From contig JBFYPG010000021.1 in NCBI GenBank assembly GCA_041303415.1, positions 6,532-70,531 of the forward strand: a stretch of 64,000 bases of DNA, read 5' to 3'. The position numbers were made by a program, and so were the translations under genes. Numbering within the stretch: the first letter of the stretch is position 1; each line of letters begins with the position of its first letter. Origin of the DNA: Bacteroidales bacterium. GTDB taxonomy: Bacteria > Bacteroidota > Bacteroidia > Bacteroidales > VadinHA17. Positions 44,376 through 54,337 of the stretch are shown piece after piece. The notes under the pieces were generated by a model. That model did no database searches, was not told the origin of the DNA, and saw nothing but the letters and a program-made list of their open reading frames with translations.

Positions 44376-45146
44376 TCAGAACCTCAGATGTTTGACTGAG
44401 ATACCATTTTCCTTTATCTCTCTCAGAGAATCAATACCTATTTTGAGGTGAGTTTCGACATATTTACCGGTCACTTTTTTATCGCTTGCTTCTGTCTTTA
44501 TACCTGTTGATATCATCGGCTGATCTGAAACCAATAAAAGTGCTCCAGTTGGTATCTCGTTGGCAAAACCGACTGTGAAAATTGTCGCTGTCTCCATATC
44601 GATTGCCATTGCACGGGTTTTTACCAGATATTTTTTAAACCTTTCATCAAACTCCCAGACCCTTCTGTTGGTTGTATATACTGTCCCTGTGTAATATTCA
44701 AGATTGTACCTGTTTATAGTTGCTGAAATGGCGCTCTGAAGCTTAAATGCCGGAAGAGCGGGGACCTCATTGGGAAGGTAGTCATTGGATGTTCCGTCAC
44801 TGCGGATAGCTGCAATAGGAAGAATCAGATCTCCCAACTTGTTCTTTCTCTTAAGCCCCCCGCATTTACCCAGAAACAGTACAGCATTTGGACTTACTGC
44901 ACTTACCAGGTCCATAACAGTAGCAGCATTCGGACTTCCCATACCGAAGTTGATAATTGTTATGCCATCAGCCGTTGCACTTGGCATGTTTTTATCTTTT
45001 CCTTCTACCTTTACATTGTTCCACTTAGCGAACAACTCTACATAATACAGATAGTTGGTAAGAAGAAAAAAATTACCAAAACTTCTGAGTGATTTGCCTG
45101 TATATCGCGGCAGCCAGTTATTAACAATCTCCTCTTTGGTTTTCAT
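44376..45146 (-). CDS. amn: AMP nucleosidase-like (short, PNP/UDP-1 fold) nucleosidase
   Basis: 256 aa. The N-terminal NWLPRYTG block is followed by FGMGSPNAAT, GKCGGL and AIDMETAT. Confidence 0.7.
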   Translation of the reverse strand: MKTKEEIVNNWLPRYTGKSLRSFGNFFLLTNYLYYVELFAKWNNVKVEGKDKNMPSATADGITIINFGMGSPNAATVMDLVSAVSPNAVLFLGKCGGLKRKNKLGDLILPIAAIRSDGTSNDYLPNEVPALPAFKLQSAISATINRYNLEYYTGTVYTTNRRVWEFDERFKKYLVKTRAMAIDMETATIFTVGFANEIPTGALLLVSDQPMISTGIKTEASDKKVTGKYVETHLKIGIDSLREIKENGISVKHLRF

Positions 45147-45200
45147 AAAGAAATAACGATATTAATAATCTAAATATCTTTGTAAGAGAAAAACCTAATT

Positions 45201-45278
45201 CTTGGTGTCCCTTTGTGCCTTGGTGTCTTGGTGGCTTTTTTTTACCACAAAGGCACCAAGACGCCAAGTTTCACCAAG
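45201..45278. repeat. Imperfect hairpin with arms made of tandem CTTGGTG/CTTTGTG units
   Basis: Left arm cttggtgtccctttgtgccttggtgtcttggtgg (45201-45234), T-rich 9-nt loop, right arm accacaaaggcaccaagacgccaagtttcaccaag (45244-45278). 25 of 34 positions are complementary by my count. Confidence 0.8.
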
Positions 45279-45305
45279 ATTATTCTGGTCTAAAAGTACA
45301 AAACA

Positions 45306-45764
45306 TTGTTGAAACAGTTAAATCTGCCGGAATATTCATTCAGGATCAGCGGGGAAGAGGGTTCTGAGATGATATTCGATCCGATAAGGAAGAAATCCGT
45401 AAGGCTCACTCCTGAAGAGTGGGTGAGGCAGAATTTTGTGCAATACCTTATTAATGAGGGTAAGTACCCGCCCGGGCTTATCGGGATTGAGGTGATGTCG
45501 CTTTTCAACAACCTGAGAAAAAGAGTTGATATCCTGATACATAACAGGGCAGGCTTGCCGGTAATGATAATAGAATGCAAAGCACCAGAGGTACCTATCG
45601 ACGATGATGTCTTTGACCAGGCTGTATGCTATAACATGGGTTTCAGGGTACCATACCTGGTTGTTACAAATGGCATCGTTCACTATGCATGCAAAATTGA
45701 CCATGAACAGAAGAAATATGACTTTCTTCTTGTGATACCCCTTTATGAAGATTTATTAAAATGA
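45306..45764 (+). CDS. Type I restriction enzyme HsdR N-terminal-domain-like (PD-(D/E)xK fold) stand-alone protein
   Basis: 152 aa with a TTG start. The blocks LNLPEY.F.I......IFDPIRKK.V.LTPEEWVRQNF and VDILI......P.MIIECK form a D...ECK nuclease-like motif. Confidence 0.6.
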   Translation: MLKQLNLPEYSFRISGEEGSEMIFDPIRKKSVRLTPEEWVRQNFVQYLINEGKYPPGLIGIEVMSLFNNLRKRVDILIHNRAGLPVMIIECKAPEVPIDDDVFDQAVCYNMGFRVPYLVVTNGIVHYACKIDHEQKKYDFLLVIPLYEDLLK

Positions 45765-46756
45765 TCCCGGTAACCTGTGCCATAATCCGTAATGAGGATA
45801 ACGAAGTGCTTGTTGTCCAGAAAGGTGAAAAGACAGACCACCCTTATAAATGGGAATTTCCCGGAGGCAAGCCGGGCAAAGGGGAGACAGAAGACGAATG
45901 CATCATCAGGGAGATCCGGGAGGAGTTGTCGATGGATATAATTATATGCAGCAGGCTTGAACCTGTTGAATATGATTACGGGCATAAAAAGATACGTCTT
46001 ATCCCTTTCATCTGCGATACACTTGAAGAACTTCCTGTTCTCACCGAGCATATCGATTTCAAATGGGTGCCGGATGAAAAACTCGAAGCTGTCGAACTGT
46101 GCGAGGCAGATATAAAGGTTGCCTCAGAATACATGAAACTGGCTGGCAATAAGGTATTTGTAAAAGAACAGGAAACAGAGAGTGAGCTGTCAGCAGAAGT
46201 TGATAATGAGCTTCAGAAGATGATAAATGGCATGATGAGCTTGCAGGAAGCGGAATGGGTCGCAGCTTCTGCAGGAGAGAACCCTGTCCTGTTCAGGAAA
46301 CTGCTTGATTATTCATTCAGTTCCGGAATGAAACTCGCTTTCCGTGCATCCTGGGCGTTGTCAAAAGTGATTGATAAACACCCCGACCTTATACTGCCTC
46401 ATCTTGACAGGCTGATTGAGAGCCTGGACAGCCTGGATAATGAAAGCACTCAAAGGTCATTCCTGAGGATACTATCCATGTCGGACCTTACCCTTGTAAC
46501 CCAGAAGCACCAGGGAATACTGGCCGATCACTGCTTCAGGGCACTCAATTCAGGATTCTCAGCAATCGCCATCAAGGCTTATTCAATGGAGGTAATATAC
46601 AGACTGGTGGTGATCTATCCTGAACTCGCTCATGAACTGGCTGCATCAATAAACCTGCTCCAGGGAGAAGGATCTGCAGGTATAAAAGCCAGGGGAAGTA
46701 CAATACTCAGGAAGCTAATGGACAATAGTCCTGACAGAGGAAAATCAAAGGAATAA
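45761..46756 (+). CDS. NUDIX hydrolase (MutT-like) fused to an all-alpha HEAT/ARM-like C-terminal domain
   Basis: Nudix box GGKPGKGETEDECIIREIREELSMDI in the first ~130 aa. The last ~190 aa are helical repeats (FRASWALSKV..., LRILSM...). ATGA overlap with the upstream gene. Confidence 0.7.
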   Translation: MIPVTCAIIRNEDNEVLVVQKGEKTDHPYKWEFPGGKPGKGETEDECIIREIREELSMDIIICSRLEPVEYDYGHKKIRLIPFICDTLEELPVLTEHIDFKWVPDEKLEAVELCEADIKVASEYMKLAGNKVFVKEQETESELSAEVDNELQKMINGMMSLQEAEWVAASAGENPVLFRKLLDYSFSSGMKLAFRASWALSKVIDKHPDLILPHLDRLIESLDSLDNESTQRSFLRILSMSDLTLVTQKHQGILADHCFRALNSGFSAIAIKAYSMEVIYRLVVIYPELAHELAASINLLQGEGSAGIKARGSTILRKLMDNSPDRGKSKE

Positions 46757-46830
46757 TCAGCCCGCTTCATGATGTGATTCTCTGCTGTTGACATATTTTT
46801 TGTACTTTTACACTTTAATTTATCTCATTA

Positions 46831-47679
46831 ATGCGAACCATATACACCAGGGGTTTACTTTTATCAGGTCTTTTATCCGTAATACTTTTTTTTCAGGTCC
46901 ATGGTCAGGTCTACAGGCTGCTTGAAGACCCTGTAACCGGCATAATGACCTCCAGCGGCATTGAAAAACCTGTTACAGTCAAAGTTGTTTATGATAACTA
47001 TTTAAAGGTTAATGGATTAAAGGAAGACTGGGGTTTTTCAATTATGATTGAGGGATTGGACAAGGAGGTGCTTTTCGATACCGGAACAAATCCTGAGATC
47101 TTCGCCTCCAACTTTAAAAAGATGGGACTTGATGCATCAGCTATCGACTATCTGGTCATCTCGCATGAACATGGCGACCATACCGGGGGAATTCCTGCCT
47201 TTGCCGGGATGAAAAAGAATATCCCGGTAATCATCCCTCACAGTTTTTCTGGTAAATTCAAGGAGAGGATGACAGTTCTGGGTCTTGAACCAGTGCTGGT
47301 AAATAAGCCGGCTGAGATTTGCGAAAACCTTTTTACATCCGGTGAGTTTGATTTTCAGATAGCTGAGCAGGCACTGGTACTTGATACAAAAAATGGACTG
47401 GTTGTCATGACCGGCTGTTCTCACCCCGGGATTGTTAAGATGCTAAACAAAATAAAATCTGATTTCAATAAAAACATTTTTATGGTTTTCGGGGGATTTC
47501 ACCTGATGCAGAAATCTGAAAAGGAGACGGAGGAGATCATTCAGGAAATGAAAGCTATGGGAGTTGTCAGATGCGGCGCTACTCATTGCACGGGAGATAA
47601 GCAGATCAGCATGTTCAGGGAGGAATTTGGCGAAAACTATGTTGAGATGGGAGTCGGTAATACTCTTGTAATAAACTAA
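46831..47679 (+). CDS. Secreted MBL-fold metallo-hydrolase
   Basis: Signal peptide, the HxHxDH motif (ISHEHGDHTGG), and downstream TGCSHPG and GGFH blocks. Confidence 0.7.
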   Translation: MRTIYTRGLLLSGLLSVILFFQVHGQVYRLLEDPVTGIMTSSGIEKPVTVKVVYDNYLKVNGLKEDWGFSIMIEGLDKEVLFDTGTNPEIFASNFKKMGLDASAIDYLVISHEHGDHTGGIPAFAGMKKNIPVIIPHSFSGKFKERMTVLGLEPVLVNKPAEICENLFTSGEFDFQIAEQALVLDTKNGLVVMTGCSHPGIVKMLNKIKSDFNKNIFMVFGGFHLMQKSEKETEEIIQEMKAMGVVRCGATHCTGDKQISMFREEFGENYVEMGVGNTLVIN

Positions 47680-47796
47680 TATTCAGAGATTAAGGGGGGG
47701 GCTTTATTTTGTAACAATAACTTAACAATTTCCGGCCGGTTAAAACCCCCGGATCAGGTAATTTCGCGCTGTCAACAGAACTTTACCTGACATAAA

Positions 47797-48783
47797 ATGA
47801 CATTTCTCGTTATTGTAATAGCTCTCGTTCTCATCTTTGACTTCATCAACGGATTTCACGACTCAGCCAATTCAATAGCGACAGTTGTTTCAACAAAAGT
47901 GCTTTCCCCCTTCTCCGCAGTACTTCTTGCAGCCACCTTTAATTTTATCGCATTTCTGGTATTTGAGCTTGATGTTGCCAAAACCATTGGAAAAAACGTT
48001 ATTGATCAGGATATAGTTACCATGAATCTTATAGCAGCAGCTGTTGTTGCAGCCATTATCTGGAATCTACTTACCTGGTGGTGGGGCCTTCCTTCAAGCT
48101 CCTCACATACCCTGGTCGGCGGCCTGATTGGTGCTGCAGTGGCAGGAAGCGGCTGGGATTCAGTCATTTACTCGGGGGTGGCAAAGATAGGAATGTTTAT
48201 TGTTGTCGCGCCTCTTCTTGGATTTGTCATGGCTTATATAATTTCTGTGATCGTTCTCCACATAGTAAAGAACCGGACACCCTCAGGCGTTGATAAATGG
48301 TTCCGCAGGTTGCAGCTGGTTTCAGCGTCAGCCTTCAGTCTTGGTCATGGAGGGAATGATGCCCAGAAATCGATGGGAATAATCTGGGTGGCACTTATGG
48401 CCAGTGGCAAAATCGCAAAAGATGCACCTATAGACCTATGGATTGTGCTCTCATGCCATGCAGCTATTGCCCTCGGGACTCTTTTCGGCGGATGGAGGAT
48501 CGTCAAAACAATGGGGCAGAAAATAACCAAGCTTAAGCCGTTTGAGGGGTTTTGTGCTGAGACCGCCGGAGCATTGACTCTTTTCGGCGCAACACATATG
48601 GGGATCCCGGTAAGTACAACTCATACAATTACAGGATCGATAATGGGAGTCGGGGCAACCAAACGTCTTACAGCGGTAAGATGGGGAGTCTCAGGCAAGA
48701 TATTTATCGCATGGCTGCTTACCATTCCTGTGTCAGCCGTTATTGGAGCAATCATGTACTATTTTTTCTCGGCTATTTTTTAG
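47797..48783 (+). CDS. pit: Inorganic phosphate transporter, PiT (PHO4) family
   Basis: The N-terminal FDFINGFHDSANSIATVV block and the internal repeat half GHGGNDAQKSMG are the hallmark duplicated GANDVAN-type motifs of PiT. Confidence 0.85.
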   Translation: MTFLVIVIALVLIFDFINGFHDSANSIATVVSTKVLSPFSAVLLAATFNFIAFLVFELDVAKTIGKNVIDQDIVTMNLIAAAVVAAIIWNLLTWWWGLPSSSSHTLVGGLIGAAVAGSGWDSVIYSGVAKIGMFIVVAPLLGFVMAYIISVIVLHIVKNRTPSGVDKWFRRLQLVSASAFSLGHGGNDAQKSMGIIWVALMASGKIAKDAPIDLWIVLSCHAAIALGTLFGGWRIVKTMGQKITKLKPFEGFCAETAGALTLFGATHMGIPVSTTHTITGSIMGVGATKRLTAVRWGVSGKIFIAWLLTIPVSAVIGAIMYYFFSAIF

Positions 48784-48793
48784 AACCCTGAGG

Positions 48794-50566
48794 TCAGTTT
48801 CGGGGAAGCGAAAAGAGGAATTCAGTTCCTCCGCCTGCTTTATTTCTCACAAGTATCTCACCTTTATGGAGGAGGACCGCATTTTTGACTATTGCCAGGC
48901 CGAGTCCGGTTCCCCCGCTCTTTCTCGACCTGCCTGAATCAACCCTGTAGAAACGCTCAAATACCCTGTTCAGGTGCTCCTGGGGAATGCCAACGCCATT
49001 ATCAGAAAAAGAGAAATGATAAAATTTCCTGTCCTCATTATAAACGATGATGTTTACAATAGCATTGTCCCCGGCATAATTCACGGAGTTCTCCAGAAGA
49101 TTCTGAAATATTGATAGGATCAGCGACCTGTTGCCTCTGATCACAACATCCTCGCTTATGTCAGCCACAATCTGCATGTTCCTTGATTCAATTGCCGATT
49201 TGAAGTTTTCCCTCACCTCCTTCACTATCTTCCTTATCTTTACTTTTTCAGCCTGAAAGGATGCACCTGCCTCCTCAATCCTGTTCAGTACCGAGATGTC
49301 ATTGATAAGATCAGTGAGCCTGTCAGTCTGCGCCATTGCCTTTTCAAGGAAGTACTTCTGCTTTTTAGGCTCTATTTCTTCATCGTTCAGGAGTGTTTCA
49401 ATATATCCTTTTATCGATGACACTGGTGTTTTGAGCTCATGGGCTATGTTTGAGGTCATCTGTTGCTTGATAAGCTTGTTCTTGCTCATCTTTGTCACAT
49501 CGCTCAGGATCACCTCGAAGCTCCTGTCGTTGAATATGACACACTGGATCCTGAAAAACCTGCCGTCCTTTGTTACCTGGTATTCAGTCATCGGAAGATC
49601 AGAACCTGATTGTAAACTGCCAGGATTTTTATCAATAAAGTCAATTATCTCACCGAATTCAGGAATATCAAAAAAGTTGGATGAAAAGATCTTAAGGTCC
49701 CCTGAGATCATATTCATAAACTGAATGAAGTGATCATTATTGAAATTGATCCTTTTATCTGGAGAGAAAATTGCAACGCCTTCATTCAGTGCATTAAGAT
49801 GTTTTACAAGCTTTTCCTTCTCATTTGTAAGGTCGTTCTTTGCTGCCAGGAGATTGTTATATATATCAAGTATTTCGGCGCCAATAATTCCGAGCTCATT
49901 CTTTGGAAATTCTGATTTAAAGGGTTTATCATGTGTGACACTCACGGCAAAATCCCTCAGTCTTGTTACCGACTCACCGAACTTGTTTGTAACGATGAGA
50001 AGAACAATGCCTACAATTATGAACAGGAGAAGAAGGATGAAAAGAAAGTTGAGATTCGCCTTCAGGAAGTTTGCAATGTTCACATCATAAACCACTGCCG
50101 CCCTGATATAGTAAAGCGTATAGAATTTTGAAAAATAATAAAAGTCCTGTCCGGTCGTCCCCGAGCGTCTCACTGCCGTACCGAAATCAGACCTCCCTGA
50201 TTCAATTATCTCAGGCCGTGATCTGTGGTTCTCCATTTTTTCATAGTCGGGCACCGAACTGTCATACAGCACATTGCCGGCTGTATCAATTATTGATACC
50301 CGGAGATTCGGAAGGGGAAGAAGCGCGTAGAGCGAATCGATGAGATGGTAATTGCCACTCTGATTAATTGAGTTTATGTTGATGTAATTATCAACTATTT
50401 TGGTTATGTTGTTGAGTTCGTCATTCAGGGTGAGGATGCGGTAATCCTTTTCACGGCGGAAAAGATAAGATATGATGAGTATCGCAACAACAACGAAGAT
50501 CGCAGAATAAAAGAAAAGCAGGTTATTCCTGAATTTATTCCGTGTAAACGCCATTTTAAACTTCAT
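48794..50566 (-). CDS. Sensor histidine kinase (two TM helices, extracytoplasmic domain, PAS-like domain, HisKA + HATPase_c)
   Basis: H-box [17 protein letters not shown]-box LLENSVNYA, and G-boxes DNGVGIP and [10 protein letters not shown]. The stop lies 10 nt from the convergent pit stop. Confidence 0.8.
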   Translation of the reverse strand: MKFKMAFTRNKFRNNLLFFYSAIFVVVAILIISYLFRREKDYRILTLNDELNNITKIVDNYININSINQSGNYHLIDSLYALLPLPNLRVSIIDTAGNVLYDSSVPDYEKMENHRSRPEIIESGRSDFGTAVRRSGTTGQDFYYFSKFYTLYYIRAAVVYDVNIANFLKANLNFLFILLLLFIIVGIVLLIVTNKFGESVTRLRDFAVSVTHDKPFKSEFPKNELGIIGAEILDIYNNLLAAKNDLTNEKEKLVKHLNALNEGVAIFSPDKRINFNNDHFIQFMNMISGDLKIFSSNFFDIPEFGEIIDFIDKNPGSLQSGSDLPMTEYQVTKDGRFFRIQCVIFNDRSFEVILSDVTKMSKNKLIKQQMTSNIAHELKTPVSSIKGYIETLLNDEEIEPKKQKYFLEKAMAQTDRLTDLINDISVLNRIEEAGASFQAEKVKIRKIVKEVRENFKSAIESRNMQIVADISEDVVIRGNRSLILSIFQNLLENSVNYAGDNAIVNIIVYNEDRKFYHFSFSDNGVGIPQEHLNRVFERFYRVDSGRSRKSGGTGLGLAIVKNAVLLHKGEILVRNKAGGGTEFLFSLPRN

Positions 50567-50568
50567 TT

Positions 50569-51255
50569 TCAGAATTCAAAAAAATAACCGTAACCCGATT
50601 TGTTCTTCAGGTTTTGCCCGAAGAGGCCCAACTTGCTCCTCAGCCGTGTGATATTGACATCCACTGTCCTGTCTGTTACTATAACATCATCGCCCCAGAC
50701 TCTGGCCAGGATATCCTCCCTTGAAAATACTTTCGACTGGTTTTCAAGGAGCAGTTTCAGTATCTCATATTCCTTCCTTGTAAGCTCAATTTTTTCATCA
50801 TTGATTATGAGACGTTTTTTCAGAGTGTCAAGCTCAACCGCTCCATATTTTATTATCGAGAGGTTCTTTGCCTTTTCCTTCTGGGATCTCTTAAGGACAG
50901 CCTTTACCCTGGCAGTTAATTCATTGATTGAAAACGGCTTCGCTATATAATCATCCGCGCCAAGGCTGAATCCGGTAAGGATGTCATTTTCCTTATCCTT
51001 TGCTGTAAGAAAGATGACCGGTACACTCATACCCAGTTCATTCCTCAGCTTATCTGCAAGCCTGAAGCCCGACATCGGGCCCATCATCACGTCAAGCAGT
51101 ATCAGGTCGATGCTTCCAAGATCCCTTTTTACAGCTTCCTCGGCTGAGTGGGCAACCTCTGTAATATAACCTGCATTGCCCAGGTTGTACTGGAGGATCT
51201 CGCACAGGTCCTCTTCATCGTCAACAATCAGGATCTTCTTGTTCTTCAGTTCCAT
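50569..51255 (-). CDS. OmpR/PhoB-family response regulator
   Basis: ATG at 51255 ([16 protein letters not shown]). Receiver Asp context LILLDVMMP-like ([13 protein letters not shown]). Winged-helix C-terminus ([12 protein letters not shown]...[12 protein letters not shown]). 2 nt from the kinase gene. Confidence 0.85.
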   Translation of the reverse strand: MELKNKKILIVDDEEDLCEILQYNLGNAGYITEVAHSAEEAVKRDLGSIDLILLDVMMGPMSGFRLADKLRNELGMSVPVIFLTAKDKENDILTGFSLGADDYIAKPFSINELTARVKAVLKRSQKEKAKNLSIIKYGAVELDTLKKRLIINDEKIELTRKEYEILKLLLENQSKVFSREDILARVWGDDVIVTDRTVDVNITRLRSKLGLFGQNLKNKSGYGYFFEF

Positions 51256-51361
51256 AATGGTATAAAGGTAAGTGCATTTTCTTAAAACTAAAAAAATGCC
51301 CGCCGGAACTGGTAACCACAGACCAACGGGCATTCACAATCAATCATGCAAAAAACACCCC

Positions 51362-54259
51362 TTAAAACAGAGAATAGCTCAGCTTAAGGTGGTATGTTAT
51401 TCCGGGTTCAAGTCTGGTAAAAAACTGGTCTGTTGGGTTAAATGACTTGAAAACTGATTCCTTTTTGTCATTAAGAATGTTATCAATCTTGATCCCGATC
51501 TGTGTCCTTTTTTCTTTACCTAAGGTCTTGCTTGCTGTCATGTTCAGGCTGTGAAAAGGAAGAGTATAAATATCAGGCCTGTCAGCTATTCCCACGTACT
51601 GAAGGGTCTTCCCCTGGACATTATAAAATATTCCGGCCTCAAATCCCGACCAGAATCCTCTTTCTCCTCCAAGATAGGATATTCCGCTGTTAATAATATA
51701 CGGCGCCTGTCCGGCCATTTCACGGTATTCTTTTACTGTCTGTGTGGTTCGTGCGTTTTCAATCCTGCTCAAATATTCTGTTGTGCTCATATCAATGCGT
51801 GATCCGGTAACTGAAGTATTGGAAGTGATGTTGAAATTCCTGAAAGCAGGACCAAAAAGCTCATCAAGGTTCTGACGGAATTCAACCTCTGCTCCCACAA
51901 CCTGGCCGTTTCCGACATTCCTGGGCTGGAATGTTCCGGTCTGTGAGGCAAACTGGATGATTTCAATGGGATTGATAAAGTATTTGTAGAAGCCGCTGAC
52001 AGAGATCATCTGACCTGAAGTTCTGAAGGTTTCCCATCTCAGATCCGCATTGTGGATATCCGAGCTGATAAGGTTCCCGTCCCAGAAAACCTTCCCGGAG
52101 AATTCATCTGCGTCTCTGAACATACCGCCTACAAAGGTTCTTCCGCTGACGGGATCCGATATTTCAGCATATGATAGTTCCTTGAATGAGGGCCGTGCAA
52201 TGGTTTTGGCATACGACAACCTTAGGTTCTGGTTTTTGGAAAGGGCATAAACTATATTAACCGACGGGAATATTCCCAGGTCGTTCATAACTTTATCATT
52301 ATCCAGAACAATAGTACCAAGTTGATTCTGACCGGTATATCTCTGTGAGAAATTTTCAATACGGATCCCGGCTATTAGTTTTATCCCGCGTACCAGGCTC
52401 ATTTCCGATGAAACATATCCTGCAATATTATTTGAAGAGGAATTAAACTTGTTCGGATTAGAAGGAACAAAGCTTGCCTCGTAGGTTGTTCCCGACATAA
52501 ACTGATTTCCGTTCATCGGCCAAAGATTATCAGAACGGAATATTTCATCCGGATCCCCGGTAAGAGGAACATTCCGGATATTGAGTGCAAATTTGTTAAC
52601 CAGGAAATCCCTCTCTTTGTAAGTGTATGCACCTCCGAAATTCAATTTTGCTTTTTCTCCCCGGAATTTATACTCCTTCGAAAGGTGGAAGAGACCGACT
52701 ATATTGACCTCCGACAATTCACGCCAGATCCTTTCGGGGAAACCTGATTCAGTATTAATTCTCAGATCATTATCGTTTTTAACATATCTTAGAAAACGGG
52801 CATCGGGATCGCTGATTGACGAATAGGTCGGTGATAGTTTCCATACAAGCTCCCAATCCGTAACTCCAAAAGAGTGTTTCCCGTCAAGAAGAATATTTGT
52901 CAGTCCACGCTGACTGTATTCGAGGTTATGCTGAAAGGCAATAAAATTACTTCCATTGTCGGATCCCTCATAATCGAAGATACCAGCTTTTGATTCTCCG
53001 TTCTGCAGATGCAGGAAGTTCAGTCTTATTTTTGAATATTTTGTTTTCACTGCAACACCTGCAAGACCGCTGAGCAGGACACTGCTTACCCCGAAATTAC
53101 CTTTCTGAAACTCCCTTACCTCCAGCTCTGTAACATCCGGGTCGCTGGCCATGCCATACCTCCCATATTCTGCATCCTTATAGAACTCTGTATTGCTTTT
53201 ATAGGAGAATCCGAAATTATATCCAAGGGTTATATTTTTCAGAGGTACCTGGTTGCCGAAGGAAGTTCCTATGCTGTAATCGATGAGGCTCATCTGTTTC
53301 ATAGCGGCCATAGTGGGGTTAAATCCATCAAGGATCTCTCTGAACCTCAGGCCTTTCTCACCATAAGGATCACCAAGCACCGAGGCAAAGAATGGAACAT
53401 CGGTTGTAGCCGGAATGGCGCGTGTCCCATCATCAAATCCCAGAAAATCTGTACGGCCTCCTTCATAACTCAGATAATCGCTTTTGAAATGGAAGTCAGG
53501 ATTGTAACTGGAGCTGAGGCTTATATTCCCCTTTTTCTGATCGGGGAAATCCTTTATTCCAATATCAATGACCCCACCTGTGAAATCGGCGGGCAGTTCA
53601 GCACTGAAAGATTTGTACACAATAATATTATCAATGATGCTGGTGGGGAAAATATCCATTTGCAGGGTGTTCCTATCGGGATCAAGGCCCGGTATATCAA
53701 CACCGTTGACAATAGTTTTGGTATACCTGTCGCCGAGTCCTCTTACAAATACATATTTTCCTCCTTCAATCGACACGCCGGGAACTCTTTTCATCGAGGA
53801 GGCTGCATCGGAATCTCCCATCCTTCTGATGTTAGCAGATGAAATACCATCCATAAGAGTAGGTGCATTCATCTTTATCGACATGATAGCACCTTCCGTG
53901 TTTCTTGTCATGCTGGCCGTTACTGTTACTTCAGACAAACCTATTGTTGATGATTTCATCGGCAGGTTTTCGAGAACAGTAACATTTCCGGCAGTTACCT
54001 TAACACCTGTTATTGTTTTCGATTCATATGAAACGAAGGAAAACTTCAGGTTATAGGTTCCGGGGGCAATTGGCAGGTTGAATTTACCATCGAGGTCAGT
54101 TGTGATCCCAATAATGGTCCCTTCCACAACAACAGTTACACTGATAAGAGGTTCTCCGGTTGTTTCGTCGGTTACTGACCCCCTGATGATACCCTTCTGT
54201 GCATCCAGCTGTGCGGAAAAAAATAATAGAAATAAAATTAAAACATTAAAAGAACGCAT
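51362..54259 (-). CDS. TonB-dependent outer-membrane receptor with an N-terminal CarboxypepD_reg domain
   Basis: Signal peptide. Blocks GIIRGSVTDETTGEPLI.V.V and a plug region (V.G...EGGKYVFVRGLGDRY), then a 22-strand-size barrel ending in aromatic ...LKLSYSLF. Confidence 0.8.
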   Translation of the reverse strand: MRSFNVLILFLLFFSAQLDAQKGIIRGSVTDETTGEPLISVTVVVEGTIIGITTDLDGKFNLPIAPGTYNLKFSFVSYESKTITGVKVTAGNVTVLENLPMKSSTIGLSEVTVTASMTRNTEGAIMSIKMNAPTLMDGISSANIRRMGDSDAASSMKRVPGVSIEGGKYVFVRGLGDRYTKTIVNGVDIPGLDPDRNTLQMDIFPTSIIDNIIVYKSFSAELPADFTGGVIDIGIKDFPDQKKGNISLSSSYNPDFHFKSDYLSYEGGRTDFLGFDDGTRAIPATTDVPFFASVLGDPYGEKGLRFREILDGFNPTMAAMKQMSLIDYSIGTSFGNQVPLKNITLGYNFGFSYKSNTEFYKDAEYGRYGMASDPDVTELEVREFQKGNFGVSSVLLSGLAGVAVKTKYSKIRLNFLHLQNGESKAGIFDYEGSDNGSNFIAFQHNLEYSQRGLTNILLDGKHSFGVTDWELVWKLSPTYSSISDPDARFLRYVKNDNDLRINTESGFPERIWRELSEVNIVGLFHLSKEYKFRGEKAKLNFGGAYTYKERDFLVNKFALNIRNVPLTGDPDEIFRSDNLWPMNGNQFMSGTTYEASFVPSNPNKFNSSSNNIAGYVSSEMSLVRGIKLIAGIRIENFSQRYTGQNQLGTIVLDNDKVMNDLGIFPSVNIVYALSKNQNLRLSYAKTIARPSFKELSYAEISDPVSGRTFVGGMFRDADEFSGKVFWDGNLISSDIHNADLRWETFRTSGQMISVSGFYKYFINPIEIIQFASQTGTFQPRNVGNGQVVGAEVEFRQNLDELFGPAFRNFNITSNTSVTGSRIDMSTTEYLSRIENARTTQTVKEYREMAGQAPYIINSGISYLGGERGFWSGFEAGIFYNVQGKTLQYVGIADRPDIYTLPFHSLNMTASKTLGKEKRTQIGIKIDNILNDKKESVFKSFNPTDQFFTRLEPGITYHLKLSYSLF

Positions 54260-54295
54260 AATTGATTGTTTATGTTATTATTTACTATTGAAACC

Positions 54296-54314
54296 CGCAG
54301 GGAAGATCCCTGCG
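54296..54314 (-). other. Stem-loop between the lipoprotein gene and the TonB receptor gene
   Basis: CGCAGGGA-aga-TCCCTGCG lies 24 nt downstream of the lipoprotein stop (minus-strand sense). It is followed on the minus strand by GGTTTC only, so it is at best a partial terminator. Confidence 0.3.
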
Positions 54315-54337
54315 AGTTCCATGGTTACTTTTTATTT

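Noticed and set aside
48794-51255. Naming the two-component pair phoR/phoB.
   Set aside because: Only generic OmpR-family and HisKA/HATPase motifs are visible. Proximity to pit is suggestive, but there is no pst/phoU context, so gene symbols were withheld.
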